From the NCBI GenBank assembly GCA_035689625.1, contig DASSLH010000336.1:1-29287 (forward strand): a DNA stretch of 29,287 nt, given 5' to 3'. Position numbers and translations under genes: made by a program. The first letter of the stretch is position 1. Each line of letters starts with the position of its first letter. Below the pieces are notes generated by a model. It saw nothing but the letters and a program-made list of their open reading frames with translations, ran no database searches and was not told the DNA's origin. Positions 1 to 9,739 of the stretch are shown piece by piece. This DNA is from Candidatus Methylomirabilota bacterium (GTDB taxonomy: Bacteria; Methylomirabilota; Methylomirabilia; Rokubacteriales; CSP1-6).

Positions 1-417
1 CAGCGGGTGGCGCGCGAAATGATCCCCCGCGGCGGCGGGGTCATCGTCAACATCGCCTCGATCGCCGGCAAGGGCTACGCCGGCACCTCGAACGCGATCT
101 ACGCCTCGAGCAAGGGCGCGCTGATCAGCCTCACCCGCATCGCCGCCCTGCAGCTGGCCAGGCACGGCATCAACGTCAACGCGATCTGCCCCGGCACGAC
201 GGTGACGGCGCTGTCCAACGACAACGTCGCGACGCGGGCCAAGCAGGAGGGCGTCTCGCTCGAGGAGATGATCCGGCGGCGCAACGCCGCCATCCCGCTG
301 GGCCGGCCCAACGAGCCTGAGGACGTCGCCGCGCTCGCCGTGTTCCTGGCCTCGCCGGGCGCCCGCAACATCACCGGCCAGTCCTTCAACGTCGACGGCG
401 GCGTGATCTTCGACTGA
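1..417 (+). CDS. SDR family NAD(P)-dependent oxidoreductase, C-terminal part (5' end lies before the window)
   Basis: Frame 1 is open from base 1 (QRVAREMIPRGGGVIVNIAS). Catalytic YxxxK (YASSK), NxxS (VNIAS), INVNAICPG and C-terminal ITGQSFNVDGG are typical of classical SDRs. TGA at 415-417. Confidence 0.93.
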   Translation, partial: QRVAREMIPRGGGVIVNIASIAGKGYAGTSNAIYASSKGALISLTRIAALQLARHGINVNAICPGTTVTALSNDNVATRAKQEGVSLEEMIRRRNAAIPLGRPNEPEDVAALAVFLASPGARNITGQSFNVDGGVIFD

Positions 418-419
418 GG

Positions 420-1316
420 CTAGGACCCGCGCAGGCGGGGGTCGAGCGAGTCGCGCAGGGCGTCGCCGAGCAGGTTGGTCCCGAACACCGCCAGGCTGAT
501 CGCCAGCCCGGGATAGATCACCAGCCACGGCGCCTTCTGCGCGTACTCGGCGGCGGCGATCGACAGCATGCGGCCCCACGACGGGTACGGCTCGGGGACG
601 CCGAGGCCGAGGAAGGACAGCGCCGCCTCGACCAGGATCGCGCCGCCGAGCTGGGCGGTGACCAGCACGATGAAGGGGCCGAACGTGTTGGGCAGGACGT
701 GGCGGAACGCCACCCGGGCGTGGCCGACGCCGAGCGCGCGCGCCGATTCCACGTAGGTGTGCTCGCGGATCGACAGCACGCTGGCCCGCACCACGCGCGC
801 CGCCCGCGGCACGATCACGACCGAGATCGCGATGATCGTGTTGGTCAGCGACGGCCCCAGCGCGGCGGCCATGACGAGCGCCAGCACCAGGATCGGCAGC
901 GCCTGCATGACGTCCATCACCCGCTGGGCGATCAGGTCGGTGCGTCCGCGGAAGTAGCCGGACAGCAGCCCGACGACGCCGCCGACGACCGCGCCGAGCA
1001 GCGTGGAGGCCACCCCCACCAGCAGCGAGATGCGCGAGCCGTGCACGACCCGGCTGTAGACGTCGCGGCCGAGGTTGTCGGTGCCGAGCCAGAACTCCGC
1101 GCCCGGCGCGACCAGCACGTGGCTGGAGGTCCGGATCGGATTGTGCGTGGCCAGCGCGTCGGCGAACACCGCGGCGACGACCAGCAGCAGCATCAGCAGG
1201 CCGCCGGCGGCGCCGAGCGGATTGCGGCGCACGAACGTCCACAGCGCCGAGCGGCGCGTGACGGACGCCGGCAGCGCCTCGGGGATGGCGACACCGACGG
1301 CGGGCACGGTGGCCAT
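420..1316 (-). CDS. Peptide/nickel (Dpp/Opp-type) ABC transporter permease, DppC/OppC-like, 298 aa
   Basis: C-terminal part of track ORF 420..2876. Likely ATG at 1316 overlaps the upstream TGA (TGATG). Contains LGTDNLGRDVYSRVVHGSRISL, the EAA loop YVESARALGVGHARVAFRHVLPN and EAALSFLGLG. Confidence 0.93.
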   Translation of the reverse strand: MATVPAVGVAIPEALPASVTRRSALWTFVRRNPLGAAGGLLMLLLVVAAVFADALATHNPIRTSSHVLVAPGAEFWLGTDNLGRDVYSRVVHGSRISLLVGVASTLLGAVVGGVVGLLSGYFRGRTDLIAQRVMDVMQALPILVLALVMAAALGPSLTNTIIAISVVIVPRAARVVRASVLSIREHTYVESARALGVGHARVAFRHVLPNTFGPFIVLVTAQLGGAILVEAALSFLGLGVPEPYPSWGRMLSIAAAEYAQKAPWLVIYPGLAISLAVFGTNLLGDALRDSLDPRLRGS

Positions 1317-2272
1317 CAGGCGCTCCGGTACCAGATGCGCGGATCGAGCCAGCCGTACAGCAGGTCCACCGCCAGGTTGGCGAGCACGACCACGACCGCG
1401 ATCAGCATCGCCAGGTTCTGCACGATCGGGTAATCGCGGAACTGGATGGCGTCGACCAAATAGCGGGCGACGCCCGGCAGGTTGAACACGGTCTCGGTCA
1501 CCACGAGGCCGCCGATGAGGAAGGCGAACTCGATGCCGATGAGCGTCACGACCGGCAGCGAGGCGTTCTTCAGCGCGTGGCGCCACACCACGCCGCGGGC
1601 GTGCTGGCCCTTGGCCCACGCGGTGCGGATGTAGTCCTCGCGCAGCACTTCCAGCATGGTGGACCGCGTGATGCGCATGATCAGCGCCGAGCTGCGGTAG
1701 CCGACGGCGAGCGCCGGCAGCAGGAACTGGCCGAGGTTGGCGCGCAGGTCCTCGAACGGCGAGACGTAGGTCATCGAGGGGATCCAGCCGAGCGCCCGCA
1801 CCAGGGTGAGGATCACGAGCATGCCCAGCCAGAACGCCGGCATCGACAGCCCCGCCAGCGACAGCACCCGCAGCACGTAGTCGAGCAGGTGGCCGCGCTG
1901 CACGGCGCTCACCACGCCGGCCGGCACGCCGAGCAGGACGGCGAACAGCATGGACAGCACCGCCAGCTCGAAGGTCACCGGCAGCCGGGGCCGGATGACC
2001 TCCCATGCCGGCAGCTCGTAGCGGTAGGACTTGCCGAGGTTGCCGCGGGCGAGGTCGCCCAGCCAGGTCGCGTACTGCACGATCACCGGCCGGTCGATGC
2101 CCAGCTCGGCCTCCAGCCGGTGGCGATCGGCCTCGTCGACGTAGCCGGCCGACTCGAACAGGATGTCGGTGATGTTGCCGGGCGCCAGGCGCATCAGCAC
2201 GAACAGCAGCAGCGACATCCCGAGCAGGGTGACGCCGGCGATGACCAGGCGTTTCAGCACGTAGGTGCGCAC
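1316..2272 (-). CDS. Peptide/nickel (Dpp/Opp-type) ABC transporter permease, DppB/OppB-like, 318 aa
   Basis: GTG start. Contains GNLGKSY, LPVTFELA, the EAA loop YIRTAWAKGQ...RHALKNA and TETVFNLPGVARY...RDYPIVQ. Lies between the SBP and the DppC-like gene. Confidence 0.94.
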   Translation of the reverse strand: MRTYVLKRLVIAGVTLLGMSLLLFVLMRLAPGNITDILFESAGYVDEADRHRLEAELGIDRPVIVQYATWLGDLARGNLGKSYRYELPAWEVIRPRLPVTFELAVLSMLFAVLLGVPAGVVSAVQRGHLLDYVLRVLSLAGLSMPAFWLGMLVILTLVRALGWIPSMTYVSPFEDLRANLGQFLLPALAVGYRSSALIMRITRSTMLEVLREDYIRTAWAKGQHARGVVWRHALKNASLPVVTLIGIEFAFLIGGLVVTETVFNLPGVARYLVDAIQFRDYPIVQNLAMLIAVVVVLANLAVDLLYGWLDPRIWYRSA

Positions 2273-2278
2273 GCGAAC

Positions 2279-3871
2279 CTACTTGTCGAGCCAGACGTCC
2301 TGGCGCCGGCTGACGTTGTAGATCGAGTTCTCGTGCACCGCCCAGCCCTTGACCCGGGGCCAGTACGCCTCGTACTGCTTGCCCCAGCCGAGGATCGGCC
2401 GGGCGCCGTCGGCCTGCAGCTTGCGGTCGATCTCGTTGACGATCGCCAGCCGCTTGGCGTGGTCCATGGTCTGCGACTGCTCGTCCATGAGGCGGTTGAT
2501 GTCCTCCGAGCAGTAGGCGGAGAAGTTGCGCTGCGAGCCGCAGCGGTAGTTCTCGAAGTAGTTGGCGTCGGGATCGTCGATGCCGACGCCGGTGAGGTTG
2601 AGCGCGACCTGGTACTCCAGCCGCGTCATCTTCGGATGCCACACGCCCGTCTCGATCTGCTCGAGCGTGCCCTCGATGCCGACCTGCTGCAGCTGGTCCA
2701 CCATCCAGCTGGCGGTGTCGACGTAGATCGCGAGCGCGCGGGTGGAGACGACGATCTTCAGCGGGGCGGACGGGCCGAAGCCGGCCTCGGCCAGCAGCTT
2801 GCGGGCCTCGGCCTTCTGCTTGACGGGATCGCCCATGCCCGGCAGCTGGCTCACCTCGGCGAGCGGCAGCCCCCACACGCCGGCCGGCTTCGGCAGCATG
2901 GCGCCGCCGAACGTCGCCCCGCCCTGCCGCGGCCCCACCAGGTACGCCTTGCGGTCGAGCGCCAGGTTGATGGCGCGCCGCACGCGGGCGTCGGTGAACG
3001 GCGCCTTCTTGAAGTTCACCAGCACGTTGTCGTTGACGTTCGAGTCGGCCTCGACCACGGTCAGCTTGGGGGCGCCGGCCTTGGCGTTCTCCGCGTTGGT
3101 CTTGTTCCAGCCGCTGCCGGCCACGTCGAGCTGGCCGGACTGCAGCGCGGCGATCTGCGTCGAGCGGTCGCGGATGACGACGAACTTGATGCCGTCGAGA
3201 TACGGCCGGCCCTTGACGAAGTAGTCGGGGTTACGCACGTACTCGACGAGCTCGCCCGGCTTGAACTCCTTGAGCTTGAACGGGCCGGTGCCGATGCAGT
3301 GGTTCTTGAACTCGGCCAGCGGCACGTGGGCGGGGTAGACCGGCGAGTAGCCGGAGGCCAGCATCAGCAGCAGCGAGGGCTGCGGGTGCTTGAGCCGGAA
3401 GGCGACCGTGTAGGCGTCGGGCGTGTCGATCGCCTGCACGTTGTCGTACCAGAGCTTGCGGGGGTTCACGCGCAGCCGCGCCCTGGCGTCGGACGCGCCG
3501 CGGACCACGTCGAACGTGTACTTGACGTCCTGCGCCGTGAACGGCTTGCCGTCGTGCCACTTGACGTCGTGGCGGAGGTTGAACACGAGCGTGCGGTTGC
3601 CGTCCTGCCAGGCCCACTTCTCGGCCAGCTCGGGGATGAGCGTGTCGGCGCTTTCCTGCTTCCTGGCCGGATCGAAGTACAGCAGGTTGTTGAAGCACGG
3701 GCTCGCCTGCTGGACCGTGGACACCGTCGATTCCTCGTGCGGCGAGAGGCTCGACGTCGCGCTCAGCGGGGAGGTCACCAGCACCCCGCCGTGCTTGGGT
3801 GTCTGCGCGGGAAGCGGTGTCGTCAGCAGCAGGACGAGAACGAGGGGCAGCGCCAGGAGCGGTCGGGACAT
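2279..3871 (-). CDS. ABC transporter substrate-binding protein, family 5 (peptide/nickel-type), 530 aa
   Basis: Signal peptide, then PELAEKW...FNLRHDVKWHDGKPFTAQDVKYTF, IGTGPFKL and RVRRAINLALDR. GGAGG SD at 3882-3878 on the minus strand. Confidence 0.95.
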   Translation of the reverse strand: MSRPLLALPLVLVLLLTTPLPAQTPKHGGVLVTSPLSATSSLSPHEESTVSTVQQASPCFNNLLYFDPARKQESADTLIPELAEKWAWQDGNRTLVFNLRHDVKWHDGKPFTAQDVKYTFDVVRGASDARARLRVNPRKLWYDNVQAIDTPDAYTVAFRLKHPQPSLLLMLASGYSPVYPAHVPLAEFKNHCIGTGPFKLKEFKPGELVEYVRNPDYFVKGRPYLDGIKFVVIRDRSTQIAALQSGQLDVAGSGWNKTNAENAKAGAPKLTVVEADSNVNDNVLVNFKKAPFTDARVRRAINLALDRKAYLVGPRQGGATFGGAMLPKPAGVWGLPLAEVSQLPGMGDPVKQKAEARKLLAEAGFGPSAPLKIVVSTRALAIYVDTASWMVDQLQQVGIEGTLEQIETGVWHPKMTRLEYQVALNLTGVGIDDPDANYFENYRCGSQRNFSAYCSEDINRLMDEQSQTMDHAKRLAIVNEIDRKLQADGARPILGWGKQYEAYWPRVKGWAVHENSIYNVSRRQDVWLDK

Positions 3872-3926
3872 GGGTCACCTCCGAGAGATCGGACGGTCGA
3901 CGCCCGGACGCGAGATGTGGCTGCGG

Positions 3927-3935
3927 ACTATACCA
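3927..3935 (-). promoter_or_regulatory. Putative extended -10 promoter (TG-G-TATAGT) for the SBP-permease-permease unit
   Basis: Minus strand reads TGGTATAGT just after the serine hydrolase stop and 56 nt before the SBP ATG. It is an AT-rich island in GC-rich DNA. No clear -35. Confidence 0.55.
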
Positions 3936-3938
3936 CGG

Positions 3939-5207
3939 CTACTTCACGATTGCCGCATACACCATGTCCTTGACCAGCCCGCGGTACGGCACGCGCTGCT
4001 TGGGCGACTGCATCATGAAGACGACGAACAGCTGCTCCTTGGGATCCAGCCAGAAGTAGGTGCCGCCGGCGCCGCCCCAGTTGAGCTCGCCCACCGAGCC
4101 GGCGTAGGGCGACATGCCGGCGTCGCGGCGCACGGCGAAGCCGAGGCCGAAGGTGAAGCCCGGCCCCGGCAGGTAGAGCGGCCCCGGCGTGACGGCGGTG
4201 CCCAGATGGTCGCTCCCCATGTAGGCGACCGTGCGCGGCCCCAGGATCCGCTTGCCGTCCAGCGTGCCGCCGTTGAGCAGCATCTGCAGGAAGCGCGCGT
4301 AGTCCATCGCGGTGCCGACCATGCCGCCGCCGCCCGACTCCCACTTCTGCACGACGCGCGGATCGTTGAAGTTGGCCTTGAGCCCGATGCTGCGGTCGTG
4401 GTGAAACGGCTCGGCGACGCGCGCGTGCTTGGCCGGATCGGTGACGTAGAACGCGGTGTCCTTCATCCCGAGCGGGTCGAGCACGCGCGCCTTCTCGAAC
4501 TGGTAGAGCGAGGTGCCCGCGATGACCTCGATGACGCGGCCGAGCACGTCGGTCGAGTGGCTGTAGTCCCACGTCGTGCCCGGCTGGTAGGCGAGCGGCA
4601 GCTTCGCGATGCGCTGCACGAACTCCTCGTTCGACGGGTAGTCGCTCCAGATGTCGGCGTCCACGTACGCCTTCTTCACCAGGCCCTCGCCGAAGAACCC
4701 GTAGGTGAGGCCCGACGTGTGCCGCATCAGGTCGTGGATCGTGATCGGCCGCCGGGCCGGCACGAGCTCGAGCGTGGGCTTGCCGTCCGGGCCCGGCTTC
4801 TCGACGCCGACCTTGACGTCGCCGAGCGCCGGGATGTAACGCGCGACCGGCTGGTCGAGGCCGAGCTTGCCCTCCTCGAACAGCGTCATCGCGGCCACCG
4901 AGGTGATCGGCTTGCTCATCGAGTAGATACGGAAGATCGCGTCGCGCGTCATCGGCTTCCGGGTCGCGGGGTCCACCATGCCGACGGCGTCGAAGGTCGC
5001 GATCTTGCCCTGGCGCGCCACCAGCAGCACGGCGCCGGGGATGACGCCGTTCTCGGCGTCGGCGGCCAGGCGCGCGGTGAGCCGTCCCAGCCGCTCGCTG
5101 GAGAAGCCCACCTGCTCCGGCTTGACCGTCGGAAGGCTCTGGGCGTGCACGGCCACCACGCTCGACAGCCACAGCAGCGAGACGAGCACGACGCGCAGCA
5201 GTCTCAT
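3939..5207 (-). CDS. Serine hydrolase, beta-lactamase/esterase family (class C/EstB-like), secreted, 422 aa
   Basis: C-terminal part of track ORF 3939..6407. ATG at 5207 overlaps the upstream TGA (ATGA). Signal peptide [22 protein letters not shown], SxxK ([11 protein letters not shown]), [22 protein letters not shown] and [10 protein letters not shown]. Confidence 0.92.
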   Translation of the reverse strand: MRLLRVVLVSLLWLSSVVAVHAQSLPTVKPEQVGFSSERLGRLTARLAADAENGVIPGAVLLVARQGKIATFDAVGMVDPATRKPMTRDAIFRIYSMSKPITSVAAMTLFEEGKLGLDQPVARYIPALGDVKVGVEKPGPDGKPTLELVPARRPITIHDLMRHTSGLTYGFFGEGLVKKAYVDADIWSDYPSNEEFVQRIAKLPLAYQPGTTWDYSHSTDVLGRVIEVIAGTSLYQFEKARVLDPLGMKDTAFYVTDPAKHARVAEPFHHDRSIGLKANFNDPRVVQKWESGGGGMVGTAMDYARFLQMLLNGGTLDGKRILGPRTVAYMGSDHLGTAVTPGPLYLPGPGFTFGLGFAVRRDAGMSPYAGSVGELNWGGAGGTYFWLDPKEQLFVVFMMQSPKQRVPYRGLVKDMVYAAIVK

Positions 5208-6469
5208 GGCTCCCCTTCTCCTCTCAGTGGCATGACGAGCGACAGCCGCCGCGGGCGCTGCAGCCAGAGCCCGACGAGGCCGACCACGATCACGGCGGCG
5301 CCGAGCGCGTTGAGCGGACCGAAGCCCCAGGCGCCCAGCACCATCCCGCCGGCCGCGCTGCCGGCGGCGCCCATGAGGCCCATCACCAGGTCGGCGAGGC
5401 CCTGGATCGACGTGCGCTCCTCGGTCGAGAGCGCGTCGGTCAGCAGCGCGCTGCCGGCGACGAACGCGAGGTTCCAGCCCACGCCGTTCAGCGCCAGCCC
5501 CAGCATCACCAGGCCGGCCTCGGTGCCGGGCGGCAGCCCGGCCACCGCGACGGCGAGCAAGAGCACGACGCCGCCGGCGGCGATCGTCGGCACGCGGCCG
5601 AAGCGATCCGACAGCCAGCCGGACAGCGGCGAGGCCACGTACATGCCGCCCAGGTGCATGGCGACGGCCAGGCCGATCGTCTTCACGCCGGCGCCGTTGT
5701 CGTGCAGGTGCACGGGCGACGTCGAGGTGGTGCCGATCATCACGAGCTGGCTGGCCATCAGCGCGCCGAACGCGATGCGCGCGCGCGGCTCGTCGAGGAT
5801 CTCGACCAGCGTGCGCACGCGGGCGGCCGCGCGGTCCAGGCGCGCCGGCGCTTCCAGCCGACGCGCGATCGCCAGCGGGTCGGGCCGCAGCAGCAGCTCG
5901 ACGAGGATCGCCGCCAGCCCGTAGCCGGCCACGCTGATGAGGAACGCGCTCGCGACCGGCGAGAGCCCGAGCCGCGCGCCGACCCGCGCGGCCGCGCCCA
6001 TCAGGTTGGGGCCGATGATCGAGCCGAGCGTCGAGCCCCACACGATCAGGCCCATCGCCCGGCCGCGATGGCGGCCCGGGGTGATGTCCGCCGCCGCGTA
6101 GCGCGCGAGCAGGTTCGACGTGCTGGCCAGGCCGAACAGCGCCATGCCGACGAGGAACACCGTGAAGCTGCGCGTGAGCACGCCGGCCATGCCGAGCGCG
6201 GCGCCGAGCACGGCCAGGCCATAGCCGATGGCCAGGCCGAGACGGCGGCCGAAGCGTCCCATGAGGCGGGAGAGCGGCCAGCTTGCCAGCGCCGCGCCGA
6301 GCGCGCCCACGCCGACGGGCACGCCGACCCAGGCGTGGCTGCCGGTGATGGCGGCGGCCATGATGCCGCCCACGGCCATGCCCATCGAATGTCCGGTGCT
6401 GCCGCACACCTGCGCGGCGAACAGTGTCGCCATGAGGATGCCGCGGCGCGGGACGACGGCCTCGCTCAC
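5204..6469 (-). CDS. MFS transporter, 421 aa
   Basis: C-terminal part of track ORF 5204..7678. GTG at 6469 overlaps the upstream TGA (GTGA). Motif A in both halves ([20 protein letters not shown]) and about 12 hydrophobic segments. Confidence 0.88.
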   Translation of the reverse strand: MSEAVVPRRGILMATLFAAQVCGSTGHSMGMAVGGIMAAAITGSHAWVGVPVGVGALGAALASWPLSRLMGRFGRRLGLAIGYGLAVLGAALGMAGVLTRSFTVFLVGMALFGLASTSNLLARYAAADITPGRHRGRAMGLIVWGSTLGSIIGPNLMGAAARVGARLGLSPVASAFLISVAGYGLAAILVELLLRPDPLAIARRLEAPARLDRAAARVRTLVEILDEPRARIAFGALMASQLVMIGTTSTSPVHLHDNGAGVKTIGLAVAMHLGGMYVASPLSGWLSDRFGRVPTIAAGGVVLLLAVAVAGLPPGTEAGLVMLGLALNGVGWNLAFVAGSALLTDALSTEERTSIQGLADLVMGLMGAAGSAAGGMVLGAWGFGPLNALGAAVIVVGLVGLWLQRPRRLSLVMPLRGEGEP

Positions 6470-8013
6470 GGACGCATCCAGTGCGCGGACGGCCCCGGTC
6501 GGCGCAGCGGCGCCGCGACGGTGGCGAACTCGCACAGTAGCGGCCGCGTCTCGCGCGGATCGATGATCTCCTCGATCCAGAACGTCTCCGCCGAGCGGAA
6601 CGGCGAGCGCAGCTTGGTCAGCCGCTCCTCGATCTCCGCCATCTTCGCCTTCGGATCGGGCGCCGCGTCGAGGTCGGCGCGGTAGGCGGCCTCGATGCCG
6701 CCCTCCAGCGGCAGCGAGCCCCAGCGGCCGGACGGCCACGCGTAGCGCGTGCAGTACTGGCTGCCGTTGCGGTGGGCGGCGCCGGCCACGCCGAACACGT
6801 TGCGCACGATGACCGCGCACCACGGCACGCTCGACTGCCAGATGGCCGACATCGCGCGCACGCCCTGCTTGATGGTCCCCGTCTTCTCGGCGTCCAGCCC
6901 GATGAGGAACCCCGGGCAATCGACGAGGTAGACGATCGGCAGGTGGAACGTCTGCGCGAGGTCCACGAAGCGCTCGACCTTCTGGCAGGTGTCCGCCGTC
7001 CAGGCGCCACCGTAGAAGAACGGATCGCTGGCCAGCAGCGCCACCGGCCAGCCGTCCAGCCGCGCGAAGCCGGTGATGATCGCGCGGCCGTAGAGCTGCG
7101 ACATCTCGAAGAACGAGCCCCGATCCACGACCGCCTCCACGATCGCGCGCATCTTGTAGGGCTTGCGCACGTCGTGCGGGATGGCCTCGAACAGCCACGG
7201 CTCGCGCCGCGCGATGTCGTCGGTCTGCGGCCCGCGCGGCGGCAGCTCGTCCACGGACGCCGGCAGGTAGGACAGGAAGCGCCGCGCGCAGGCGAACGCC
7301 TCGTCCTCGGTGTCCACCGCGTGATCGACGGCGCCGGCCCTGAGCTGGATCTCCCAGCCGCCCAGCTCGTTCTTGCTGAGCTTCTGGCCCAGGCGCTCGA
7401 CGACCGGCGGGCCGGCGACGAACAGCGCCGACTTGTCCTTGATCATCACGGAGTAGTGGGCGGCGGCCAGGTGGGCGGCGCCGAGCCCGGCGACGGAGCC
7501 CAGGCCGAGCGCCACCCGCGGGACGACGCCCAGGTTGCGCACGACCAGCTCCCAGCCGTCCACGGCCGGCACGTTCGCGCGCCCGGTCGTCTCGATCGTC
7601 TTCACCGAGCCGCCGCCGCCCGAGCCCTCCACCAGCCGGATCAACGGCAGGCGCAGGTCGTGGGCCATGCGCTCGCACGTGTTGTGCTTGCCCTTGATCG
7701 TGGCGTCGGCCGAGCCGCCGCGCACCGTGAAGTCGTCGCCGCCAATGATGACGGGACGGCCGTCGACGCGCGCGCGGCCGAAGATGAAGTTGGACGGCGT
7801 GAACGACTCGAGGTCGTTGCTGGCGTTGTAGGTCGCGCGGCCGGCGATCTTGCCCAGCTCGTGAAACGTGCCCGGATCGGCCAGGCGGTCGACGCGCTCA
7901 CGGATCGTGAGGCGCCCGCCGTCGTGCTGCCGCTTGACCCGCTCGGCTCCGCCCAGCTCCTCGGCGAGCTGCTCGCGGCGGCGGAGCTCGTCCATCTCCT
8001 TCTGCCAGTCCAC
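6466..8013 (-). CDS. Acyl-CoA carboxylase/decarboxylase carboxyltransferase subunit (PccB/MccB-like beta subunit), about 515 aa
   Basis: [64 protein letters not shown] and [12 protein letters not shown] at 8013 is preferred because a TAGAGT -10 lies 8 nt upstream. The track's GTG at 8031 is the alternative. Confidence 0.88.
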   Translation of the reverse strand: MDWQKEMDELRRREQLAEELGGAERVKRQHDGGRLTIRERVDRLADPGTFHELGKIAGRATYNASNDLESFTPSNFIFGRARVDGRPVIIGGDDFTVRGGSADATIKGKHNTCERMAHDLRLPLIRLVEGSGGGGSVKTIETTGRANVPAVDGWELVVRNLGVVPRVALGLGSVAGLGAAHLAAAHYSVMIKDKSALFVAGPPVVERLGQKLSKNELGGWEIQLRAGAVDHAVDTEDEAFACARRFLSYLPASVDELPPRGPQTDDIARREPWLFEAIPHDVRKPYKMRAIVEAVVDRGSFFEMSQLYGRAIITGFARLDGWPVALLASDPFFYGGAWTADTCQKVERFVDLAQTFHLPIVYLVDCPGFLIGLDAEKTGTIKQGVRAMSAIWQSSVPWCAVIVRNVFGVAGAAHRNGSQYCTRYAWPSGRWGSLPLEGGIEAAYRADLDAAPDPKAKMAEIEERLTKLRSPFRSAETFWIEEIIDPRETRPLLCEFATVAAPLRRPGPSAHWMRP

Positions 8014-8021
8014 GGGGCTCG

Positions 8022-8047
8022 ACTCTACCACCGGATGGCCCTACTAT
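8022..8047. promoter_or_regulatory. Putative back-to-back -10 boxes: TAGAGT (minus, 8027-8022) and TACTAT (plus, 8042-8047)
   Basis: Each TAnnnT hexamer lies 7-8 nt from an in-frame GTG (8013 minus, 8055 plus). No SD is visible for either gene. Confidence 0.45.
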
Positions 8048-9278
8048 GTCGCCCGTGACCCGGCGCATCGTCGCGCTCGGCTGTGCTCTGATCCTGCTTG
8101 CGTTCTCCGTCGCGCCGGCCGCCGAGCCGATCCGCGTCGGTTACCTCGGTCCGCAGACCGGCATCTTCGCCGCCGCCGGCAAGGACATGCTGGACGGCCT
8201 GAAGATGGGGCTGGAGGCCGCGGGCGGCCAGGCCGGAGGCCGCACGCTCGAGCTGATCGACGAGGACACCGAGGGTAACCCGGCCAGCGCCCAGGCCAAG
8301 TACCGCAAGCTCGTGCAGCAGGACAGGATCCACGTGCTCACCGGCGTCCTGCTCGCCAACATCGGCTACGCGCTGGTGCCGCCGATCGAGCGCGACGAGC
8401 TGCCCGCGCTGTTCCTCACCACGCCCGACGACCTCACCAAGCGCCGGCCGCCCAAGTGGATCCTGCGCTCGAACTTCGCCGCCAGCCAGCCGATGCACGC
8501 GCTTGGCGACTGGGCGGGCAAGATCGCCAAGTACAGGCGGGTGGCCGCCATCGCGATGGACAACCCGTTCGGCTACGAGGGCATCGGCGGCTTCCAGCGC
8601 GTGTTCGAGGACGCCGGCGGCCGCGTCGTGCAGAAGACGTGGGTGCCGCTCAACGCGCTGGACTTCGCGCCCTACCTGGCCCAGGTCCCGCGCGACGTGG
8701 ACGCGGTCGTGCAGGTCTTCGTGGCCGGCCAGGCCGTGCGCTTCGCCAAGCAGTACGGCGAGAGCGGCCTCAAGGAGCGCCTGCCGCTGATCGGCAGCGG
8801 CGTGTTCACCGACGAGTCGGCGCTGCGCTCGATGGGCGACGAGGCCGTCGGCTTCGTGGGCGCCGCCATCTGGTCGCCCACGCTGACGACGCCCGCCAAC
8901 CAGGCGTTCATGAAGCTGGCCGAGAGCAAGCTCAAGAAGACTCCGGCCTACTTCCACGCCGTGATGTACAGCACCGGCCGCTGGGTCGCCGCCGCCGCCA
9001 GCGCCATCGAGGGCCACGTCGAGGATCGCGCGCGCTTCCTGGCCGCCATCCGCAAGGCCATCGAGACGACCGACGACCCCCGCGGCCCCATCAAGCTCGA
9101 CGAGTACGGCAACCCGACCGAGAACGTCTACATCACCAGGGTCGAGAAGCTGAACGGCCGCCTGCAGACGACCGTCATCCACACCTACCCGATGGTCTCC
9201 CAGTTCTGGACGTACAAGCCGGACGAGTTCCTGAAGACGCCCGCCTACGACCGGAGCTATCCGCCGGCCAGGCCGTAG
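8046..9278 (+). CDS. ABC transporter substrate-binding protein, branched-chain amino acid/aromatic-acid type (PBP type 1), about 410 aa
   Basis: Signal peptide, then IRVGYLGPQTG, GRTLELIDEDTEG, DFAPYLAQ and PRGPIKLDEYGNP. The start may be GTG 8055 (leaderless) rather than ATG 8046. Confidence 0.92.
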   Translation: MSPVTRRIVALGCALILLAFSVAPAAEPIRVGYLGPQTGIFAAAGKDMLDGLKMGLEAAGGQAGGRTLELIDEDTEGNPASAQAKYRKLVQQDRIHVLTGVLLANIGYALVPPIERDELPALFLTTPDDLTKRRPPKWILRSNFAASQPMHALGDWAGKIAKYRRVAAIAMDNPFGYEGIGGFQRVFEDAGGRVVQKTWVPLNALDFAPYLAQVPRDVDAVVQVFVAGQAVRFAKQYGESGLKERLPLIGSGVFTDESALRSMGDEAVGFVGAAIWSPTLTTPANQAFMKLAESKLKKTPAYFHAVMYSTGRWVAAAASAIEGHVEDRARFLAAIRKAIETTDDPRGPIKLDEYGNPTENVYITRVEKLNGRLQTTVIHTYPMVSQFWTYKPDEFLKTPAYDRSYPPARP

Positions 9279-9353
9279 CGCATCACGTCCCTCTCCCTCG
9301 CCCGATGGATCGCGGGCTGGGCAACCGCCGGGGCCTGCGTCGCAGTCGCGATC

Positions 9354-9572
9354 ATGGTTAGCGCGCAACTGCAGGGCGGAGTCTTCGAATGGCCCTGCGT
9401 GATGGTCGTGATTTGGCCGAGCTCGATACTCCTGATGGCCCTGGAGGCGGTGTCGCAGCCGTGGTGGTGGAAGATCGCGGTACCGGCTGTCGCCGTTGCT
9501 CTCAACGTCGCCCTGTACTCCATCGTCGGCGCCGTGGTCTTCGCGCTCGCCAGGCGGTTCGCGCGCTCCTGA
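9354..9572 (+). CDS. Small hypothetical membrane protein (72 aa from ATG; the frame is open from 9279 and would add an N-terminal TM helix)
   Basis: Two hydrophobic segments (CVMVVIWPSSILLMAL, IAVPAVAVALNVALYSIVGAVVFAL) and a basic tail. The start is uncertain. Confidence 0.55.
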   Translation: MVSAQLQGGVFEWPCVMVVIWPSSILLMALEAVSQPWWWKIAVPAVAVALNVALYSIVGAVVFALARRFARS

Positions 9573-9739
9573 CGGTGCGAGGGGCGGCTGCACTCAACGT
9601 ATCGAAATTTGCTCTCTTGACAGCTTTTCGCGGTGGCGCTCGGTACTCGTCACGAATTCTCACCGCAGTGCCCGCTCACACGCCCGGCAACGCCCCTCAC
9701 GCGACTTTCCTCCGGCGCTCACGTAAACCCGCGACTCCT

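Noticed and set aside
3939-5207. Antibiotic-resistance island (beta-lactamase-family gene with MFS and EmrB-like pumps)
   Set aside because: The hydrolase has the YSH variant and long-form features of esterase-like family members rather than a bona fide AmpC. The pumps are generic, and there is no integron or transposon context.
1577-5924. Long plus-strand ORFs 1577..3973 (798 aa) and 3423..5924 (833 aa)
   Set aside because: They are antisense shadows of well-supported minus-strand genes. The Arg/Ala/Gly/His-rich composition and lack of motifs are expected from stop-poor GC-rich frames.
420-7678. Very long minus-strand ORFs 420..2876, 3939..6407 and 5204..7678 read as fusion proteins
   Set aside because: Only their C-terminal parts look like real proteins. 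The N-terminal parts are off-frame readings of the upstream gene, and true starts sit at stop/start overlaps (1316, 5207, 6469).
9617-9647. Perfect TTGACA -35 (9617-9622) as a sigma70 promoter for the HNH leader
   Set aside because: No TAnnnT at 16-18 bp spacing (TCGGTA and CGGTAC are found there). It remains only a possible upstream start for the structured region and was not called as a feature.
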